Shown here piece by piece: positions 58,301 through 64,000 of a stretch of 64,000 nucleotides of DNA (positions are counted from its first letter, which is position 1; every line of letters starts with the position of its first letter). A program made the position numbers and the translations under genes. The notes beneath the pieces were generated by a model, which was not told the origin of the DNA, ran no database searches, and saw nothing but the letters and a program-made list of their open reading frames with translations. The stretch lies in the NCBI RefSeq assembly GCF_032191835.1, contig NC_083231.1, positions 126,418,001 through 126,482,000 on the forward strand, given 5' to 3'. This DNA is from Heteronotia binoei. Taxonomy: Eukaryota.

Positions 58301-59185
58301 CCCACCTGCCAGAAACATTTCAAGGGGGGTGTTCTTGGCATCCCCACCCTCTCCCTCCCCCCATTCGCACCAGCCTGGACTCCTCCCCTCCCCTCTCCTG
58401 TCTCCCTCTCTTTGGGGCTGCTAAGGAGATGCGCCTGCCAGTTGTCGTGTGGTCTGCTGAGGCCGAAGCTCCAGCCGGGGCCCCCACGTCCCTGAGGAGA
58501 CCCACCTCAATCACATTGGAAGCGACAAAGCCAGGGATGCGCTCGTCCTTGCAGATGACGCCGGCATCTTCCTCGTGGGAACAGTCGCTGTTGCCCCAGC
58601 CCCGTGAGCGGCAGTCCAACACGCTCTTCTCGCCCCCACCACAGCTCAGGTTGTCCAGCCAGATACGCCCTGTGTGTGGGGGAGGGGGCCCCAGTCATGC
58701 CAGAGAAATGAGGCCGGGAAGGGAGGTCACACAAGCCCCGCCCCCTGCCAGGGCCAGAGGGGGTGGGGCCCCCGGGGTTCTCCTCTGCCTGCCCCTCTTG
58801 GGCCTGAGGCTGACCTGCAGAGGAGGGGAATGGAGGGCTTCTCCACGCTCCCCCCCACCCCACTGCAGCCAGACTAGCTGAACTCACCGGAGCCTTTGCC
58901 ATATTTGGCACTGTGGGTCCAGCCGGTGGCAGCGACAAAGCCCAGGTGGCGGCAGAGAACGTGGGCATTGGCCAGGGTGAAGTCGTCGTCACAGATGGTG
59001 CCCCACTCTTGGTTGTAGAAGACCTCGATGCGCCCCTCGTTGTGCTTGCGGGGGTAGCCTGCCAGCCGGAGCTGCAGGGGGCTCTGCCCCGTGGGCGTCG
59101 GAGGGCTTGGCTCAGCTGCGCTCACCCACAGCCAGATGCCACACCAGAGGCTGAGCAGCTCCCACCTCCCACAAGCGGCACCCAT
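30888..59185 (-). CDS. LOXL3: Lysyl oxidase-like 3 (signal peptide, 4 SRCR domains, Cu/LTQ catalytic domain); 750 aa with exon 8a or 743 aa with exon 8b
   Basis: Coding exons 59185-58888, 58669-58506, 45041-44830, 38775-38553, 37839-37659, 37298-37144, [35639-35463 or 35262-35107], 35018-34859, 32361-32118, 32033-31918, 31671-31535, 31168-31057 and 30961-30888. All are GT-AG and in phase. Motifs [23 protein letters not shown] and [14 protein letters not shown]; C-terminus [15 protein letters not shown]. Confidence 0.96.
32403..33140 (-). repeat. Second tandem array (~11 x 67 bp) of the CR1 3' terminus, in LOXL3 intron 9
   Basis: Same unit as 16397-19578, continuous with the CR1 body at 33141. 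Confidence 0.95.
33141..34652 (-). mobile_element. Young 5'-truncated CR1 with an uninterrupted RT-to-C-terminus reading frame (~490 codons)
   Basis: ORF 33177..35102 contains [27 protein letters not shown] and KFADDTK with no stop until 33177. Confidence 0.95.
35107..35262 (-). CDS. LOXL3: LOXL3 exon 8b (alternative first half of SRCR4), 156 nt, phase 0-0
   Basis: ccccacag|ATC...ACG|gtaggt, encoding [52 protein letters not shown]. Confidence 0.9.
35463..35639 (-). CDS. LOXL3: LOXL3 exon 8a (first half of SRCR4), 177 nt, phase 0-0
   Basis: ctccacag|ATC...CAA|gtaggt, encoding [59 protein letters not shown]. Confidence 0.9.
39920..42740 (+). mobile_element. Degenerate CR1 LINE whose 3' end is interrupted (~41557-42680) by nested elements
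   Basis: ORF pieces 39891..40223, 40591..41106 ([21 protein letters not shown]) and 41281..41652. The tail resumes at ~42682 and ends ctctgtgattttatgattt. Confidence 0.78.
42267..42554 (-). mobile_element. Full-length tRNA-derived SINE (Squam2-like) with a (CTT)n tail
   Basis: Minus-strand head gagccagtttggtgtaatggttaag...ggtttgattcccc, (gaa)n tail on the plus strand, and a 6-bp TSD ctatga at 42261-42266 and 42555-42560. Confidence 0.82.
42858..43130 (+). mobile_element. Sauria SINE (Squam1-like)
   Basis: Head gtggcgcagtggtaaa...gagttcgatcc, body gttgactcagccttccatccttccgaggtcgg and 3' part ggggaaggcaatggcaaccacccc. Recognised from memory. Confidence 0.78.
45420..53095. repeat. 82-bp minisatellite (with 75-bp variants), ~85 copies, in LOXL3 intron 3
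   Basis: Unit gaggccctcttgtgagaaaacgactcggaaaggggttgtagctgctgggagggatttcgggagggcctggggcacgggggaa. Period measured 48776 to 48858. Confidence 0.97.
46175..46869 (-). mobile_element. CR1 3' fragment inserted inside the 82-bp minisatellite
   Basis: ORF 46313..47008 carries the CR1 ORF2 C-terminus, with a single tail and an expanded (TA)n(CA)n tract. VNTR units lie on both sides. Confidence 0.93.
53868..54415 (+). mobile_element. CR1 ORF2 fragment
   Basis: ORF 53876..54481: [12 protein letters not shown]...KCKVLHLG...[13 protein letters not shown]...[16 protein letters not shown]. Confidence 0.88.
55445..56067 (+). mobile_element. CR1 3' fragment
   Basis: [16 protein letters not shown]-like sequence through ggactagatgaccctggaggtcccttc. 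Confidence 0.85.
56428..56540 (-). mobile_element. Short CR1 tail fragment
   Basis: cacagaatcctagagttggaagggacctccaggatcatctagtccaacccctgcac. Confidence 0.75.
57180..57660 (+). mobile_element. CR1 3' fragment with the classical octamer tail
   Basis: [21 protein letters not shown]..., ending tatgattctgtgattctatga. Confidence 0.88.
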
Positions 59186-60539
59186 GGTGACCACGGCCTG
59201 GACCTGGGTGGGAAAGGAGGGGTGTCAGGAGGCTGGGTGGAAAAGGAGGGAGAGGGCTCCTTGCAGCCTCCCCTCCCAGCACCCAGGGGCCCTTGCACCC
59301 CCTCCCCAGGAGGAGACCTAATGGGACGAGGGCAGTTCCCAGTTACCTCATCCCCCGCCCCCCCCCCCCGCCATGGCCACAGGACAACCTGTCTGGCTCT
59401 TTCCATTCCCTGGACAAATGCTGAGAAGTGGCCCTCCGCATCTCTCGCTGCTGACGGTTTCAGCACCCCCCGCAGCTGTGCCATCTGCAGACGTCATGAG
59501 GGTTCCCTCCATCCCTGCATCCACCAGGAGAGCAGAGGCCCATGCCCCACCTCTTGCCCCACACTTCAGGCCAGGAGGACAACCGGAGCCCCCTTCCCAG
59601 CCCTTGGAGGGAGAAGGCTGTTCTCAGGGGCCAGAGGCCTTCCTTCCAGCTTGACGCCCCCCCCCCCCCCGCAAACCCACAAAGAAGGTGCACACCTCTC
59701 CACCCCGAGCAAAGGATGCGGGGGGAGGGCCACTCTCCCCTGAGTCCACACCCGGCCCAGTCAGCTAGGCTAGATCTTGCCTCCCTCTCTCATCTCTCTC
59801 CCTGTGAGAAAGAACTCCTCTGAGTTCAGCATCTGACCCTTTGGTAAGTCTGTGGGCCCCCTCTGCACCAGAGCCTGGCTGGTGGCCTGGATGAAACGCC
59901 CGCTGCTGCCCTCTGCTCCCCTGGCTGTGGCAGGGGCGAGACAGAGGCCTGCATGGGCCTACACAACCCCCCCCGCATTCTCTGCACCCCCTTCTGGGGG
60001 GGGGGGGGAGAAGAGAGGCTATCCTCCCACCTGCACTGAGGGGGGTGGGTGTGCGCTGTCAGACACCAAGTTGAAATCACAGTGTGGTGTGTTCCCGGCC
60101 TTTCCAACTAGCACAATTCTTTGCAATGAATGGCAGGGCTTTGAGACTCCACCAGCCAGCTCCTTCAGGGTCAGGGCATGTGATTTGCCCCAGGCCAGCC
60201 CTGCTTTGTGAGTGGTGTGTGTGTGGGGGGGGTCCTCCTGGGTGCCTCCACAAGTGTGCAGCTGCCTGCGGGGCCAGGAGAGCCAGGGGCAGCTGGGCTG
60301 CTGGCAACCCTAGCAGGACCTCCAAGAGGCAATGCCAACACCTGGGTCCAGAATCTGGGGCACTTGGTGGTGAGGGGGTTTGGGCCAGGTCGAAGGGCTT
60401 GACTCCCAAGGCCAGCCTGGGGGCACCAGGAGCAGGATTCCTTCCGAGTGGGGGAGAGGAGATGGGGGGGGGGGGGATTCCATGCCCCAGAAGGGACCAT
60501 CTCCCCCCCCTCCCTCCCTTTGATCCTCAAGGGAGCTGA

Positions 60540-63400
60540 GAAAGAGCGGCGGGGGGGGGGGAGGGATCATGCAAGACCCGGGGGGGGGGGGCGGCACGCA
60601 GACCTCCGGGATCCTGGCCCAGCGCCCCTCCCCCCCATCCCCGCTGAGTCCCGAAAGAGTTCGAGGGCTGCCGCCGCTGCTGCTGCCTTCCTTCGCGAGG
60701 AGGGAGTGGGCGGGCGGGCGGAGCCCTCGCCCGGTTGCCTGGGGCGGGGAGGGGGGAAGCGCGGCCAGGAGAGACGGGGGGGGGGGGGTTCAGGAGGACT
60801 GGAGGCTCCTTCGGGGCGGGCGGGTGGGCTGGTTGGCCCCCCTGGCCGCCGCCGGGCTGGCTCTTCGGGGCCAGAGACGGGGAGGGGGGAGCCGGAGGGG
60901 GGCGGAGGGTCTCTCTTCGGGGCAGCTGCCCCCCCCCCCGCCGGTGCTCAGCCCGCTCGCCGCCCAGGCCGCCCGGCGCTGCTGGGGACGTGGAAGGGAG
61001 GCAGGCAGGCAGGCCCAGCCGGCGCCCCCCACCCCTCCCCTCCCTGCCCAAGTGCGAGCAAGAGAGCGCGGCGGCTGGGAAGCTCCTCCGGCGCCCCCTC
61101 CCCTCCCGTCCCCTCCCGGCGCGGGCCTGGCCACTGACCTCTCGCCGCTCCCTCGACCCGACCCGACCCGCCTGCGCCGCCGACTAACGGGCCGCCCGCC
61201 TGCGCTGCCCCTGGGGGCGCCTCCCAGGCCCGCCCCGCCGCCACTCCGCCCCTCGGAGCAGCCGCAGCAGCCGCAGCCCTCCCGCCCAGCCCCGGCCGTC
61301 GGGGGGCAAGCGAGCCCTCGCAGGAGGACGACCCCGGGCAGCAGGGAGGGAGGGAGGGGCGCAGCGCGGTGCTCCAGGCGGGAGCCGGAGGGAGGCCTTG
61401 CAGCCTCGCCTCGCCTCCTCTGCTTCTCGGGGGGGGGGGGGGGCTGGAGACCCTGCCTGGACCCCCGACGAGCCTCGATGGACGGGGGGGGGGGGGCGAG
61501 CGGCCCAGGAGGAGGAGGCGCCCCCGCCGCTGCAGCCGGAGACCGAGGGGGGTCCCGGGTGGGCCTGGCAGGCGGGCGGGGGGGGGGGCGCTCGCGGAGG
61601 AGCCGGCTGCGGCCCGCGGGCACAGGAAGCAGCAGCAGCGGGAGGAGGGGAGGCCGCCGGGGCTGAGACTAGAGGAGAGGGACTGGCCCAAGATCACCCC
61701 GCTGGCTGCAGGCGCGGGGGGAGGGGAATCGAACCCGGCTCTCTCCTCACCACGCCCCCACAGCCGGCTGCCGAAGGAAGCAGCTCCACCGCAGAGAGAA
61801 CTCGGCCTGCCGGTTCTTCAAGGCCCCCCCCCAGCGGATGCCCCCGGCCGGCCTAGCCTCTCCCGCACCCCAAGCCAGGCTGGCGTCTGGCGCCGCCCCC
61901 CCCCCCCCCCCCCCGGTATTATCTCCCCGAGCGCTGCCTCGACGCTCCCGTCTTGTGAGCAGAAATCCCACTTTGAGCTGCGGCAGAGACACGTGTGCTC
62001 CGGGCACGTGTGAGCGGGAGGCTTGAAGTCCCTGAGCTGGCTCTCGCTGACACAGCTTGGAGCAGGAACGCCGTTCCGTTAGTTGCGTCATGGGGTGTGG
62101 CCTGATATGTAAATGAGTCCTTGCTGGACTTTTTCTACAAAAAAGCCCTCTGTGAAACCATGGTGACCCCAGGGGTGTGGCCCAATATGCAAATTAGCTC
62201 CAGCTGGGCCTTTTCTACTAAAACAGCCCTGGGGGGCGCTGCAGGGCTCGTGGGGGCGCGACGGAAGGTTCGTGCTGTGCTCCAGGCCCTCGGCTTCCCT
62301 TTTTTTTTGCACGGCAGCCCACGGAGGGGCGCGCGGTCCCAGGCCCGCTGCTGCCAGCCCCGCCTGGGGGCACCTCCCCCCCTCCAGCAGGACCCGGCGG
62401 GAGGGCTGGGCGATCTCCCCTCTCCCCCCCCCCCCGCTGCTCTCTGGCGGCGCGCCTTCCTCTGCCGGGGCGGGGCGGGGCCGGCCGGAGTAGCCAGGCA
62501 GGCAGCTGGCCTCGCCCTCTTCCGAAGGGGCGGCCCCGGACTTCGCGTTGCCGCCGCCTTCCCGCTCCCGGCCGCGCGCCGGCATGGACCCCCCGGTGAA
62601 GGCGGGCCCGCTCCTCCTCCAGCAGCCGTCGGGGCTGCGCCTCGGGGCCAAGGTAGGCGAGACCGGGAGGGAGGGAGGGAGGGAGGAGACAGAGAGAGAG
62701 CGGGGCGGCGCCCCCTGCCTGGCCCCACCGCCCGCCCGCGGGCGCTGCGCTTCCGCTCTCCGCGCCGCTGGGCGGGGGCCCCGTCGGGGTGGGGAAGGAG
62801 AAGGGTGCCCGCCTCGGCCTGGCCGCCCCAGCCCGGAAGTCTTCTCGCCTTGGCCGCCGGCTGGCTTCCCCGAGCCTTCTGCGCGACCGTCGGCGGGGCC
62901 CCCTCCCGCTTGGCTGCACCCCCGGCCACGGCCTCCCCCCCCCCCCCGGCCTCCTGGGGGAGCGCACTGGCAGGCCTGCTGCAGCGGCCCGGGAGGGGGG
63001 GCGGAAGTCGGCGGTGGCATGGCAGGGAGGGGAGCTACTTGAAAGGCGCCCCCCCCCGCTTGCGGAAAAGCGGCTGCTGGGGCTGCTGCCCCCCCCGTCC
63101 CATTTGGGGGGCGTGCGAGGGGGCGGGAAGAGGTCCTAACGGTTTGCCCCTTGCGAATGGGAAGGGAGGGGGGCAGAGGCAGCCTCCCAGTTCTCCCTCC
63201 TCCCCCCAGCAATCTGGGTCGCCGCCGAATGCCTCCCTTTCGTCTCAAGGGCTGGGGAGAGAGCCCCGCCGACGAGGCAGGTGGACCGCTCACAGAACAG
63301 AGCGGGAGCCTAGGCAGGGCCCTCCATGGCCAGCCGAGGCGTTTCCGTCCAGGCCTGCGGGGGGGGGGGGGGGGAGAGGCTGCCGCCTGCAGGCACAACG
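60540..63400. promoter_or_regulatory. CpG island, probable shared LOXL3/DOK1 divergent promoter region
   Basis: Very high GC and CpG density with GC boxes and ccggaagt/gcggaagt ETS-type motifs. A candidate donor for a non-coding LOXL3 exon 1 (GAG|GTCAGT, minus strand, exon ending 61139) is unverified. Confidence 0.7.
62584..62652 (+). CDS. DOK1: Docking protein 1, first coding exon (start of the PH domain); the rest lies beyond the window
   Basis: ggcATGGACCCC...GCCAAG|gtaggc encodes MDPPVKAGPLLLQQPSGLRLGAK, resembling the recalled human MDGAVMEGPLFLQSQRFGTK. It has the expected syntenic position head-to-head with LOXL3. Confidence 0.75.
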
Positions 63401-64000
63401 GAAGGGAAGTAGGAACAAGTCATTCGCATGGGGGGGGGAGTAAATTAGCGCACTGACTTCCTCTATCGAAAGCATTGGGCGCTTTATCATCCTGTATGCT
63501 AATTCATTGTAAAAACCACCCCCCATGCATGACTGTTATGTCTCTTTTCATTCCATTGTGCCTGAAACCCCGGGGGGGCGGCGGGAGTTGCCGGCAAAGA
63601 CTCAGCCCTGCTGGAATAAAACTTGGTTGGCCTTCCGGGTGTTCTGCTGCTTCCACTAAGACAGCCCCCCCCCCCCCCCCAATCTATGGACAGGCTACAA
63701 TTCTGCACACCCCTTAGACCTCTGGGCATTTGGCGGGTGGAGTCCTGGGGCTCTTCTGAGTGATGGGAGTTGTGAAGGCGGGACTTCCCAAGGGTGGGGG
63801 TGCAGCCCTCCTGGATTTGGGGCAGAGACCTTCGCTGCTGAGGTGGCAGAAATCCGAGGTGCTTCTGCTGACTTCTATCCAGCCGGCCGAATCCTGTGAA
63901 CCTTTTCTGCTGGCGCATGGAGATGGAGTGAGGCCCCTGTGGAGAGCATAGGTCGCCTGGCCTGCAGGGGGAGCTGGCTGGCCATGGCAGGCCCTTCCCT

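Noticed and set aside
60448-63443. Multiple 200-440 aa ORFs on both strands in the CpG island
   Set aside because: Stop codons are rare at this GC content and the peptides are low-complexity. Only the 23-codon DOK1 exon has homology and splice support.
63835-63951. RWQKSEVLLLTSIQPAES as possible DOK1 exon 2
   Set aside because: Only weak similarity to the recalled RWRKTWAVLYPAS, no suitable phase-0 acceptor, and an early stop.

Overview
Vertebrate genomic DNA from a squamate reptile, probably a gecko (inferred from the SINE and CR1 families present). It holds the conserved AUP1(-)/HTRA2(+)/LOXL3(-)/DOK1(+) cluster. By hand I reconstructed AUP1 (11 coding exons, 429 aa), HTRA2 (8 exons, with one apparent +1 frameshift in exon 8), LOXL3 (13 coding exon positions, 750 or 743 aa) and DOK1 exon 1. 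Bases 1-4495 repeat 11082-15727 across a 100-N gap and look like a haplotype or contig-overlap false duplication. About 30% of the window is minisatellite and there are many CR1 LINE and SINE copies. Main observations: (1) LOXL3 carries two tandem, intact, same-phase versions of the exon encoding the first half of SRCR4, a candidate mutually exclusive exon pair. (2) A young CR1 with an uninterrupted ~490-codon RT region lies sense and in frame with LOXL3 exon 9. (3) Two minisatellites grew out of exon/donor junctions: the AUP1 array keeps ~60 decoy donors, while the HTRA2 array has mostly lost the donor and carries a palindrome. (4) Two CR1 copies have their 67-bp 3' tail amplified into tandem arrays. 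All coordinates, alignments and copy counts were read by eye, and family names and orthologue comparisons are from memory; no searches were run.
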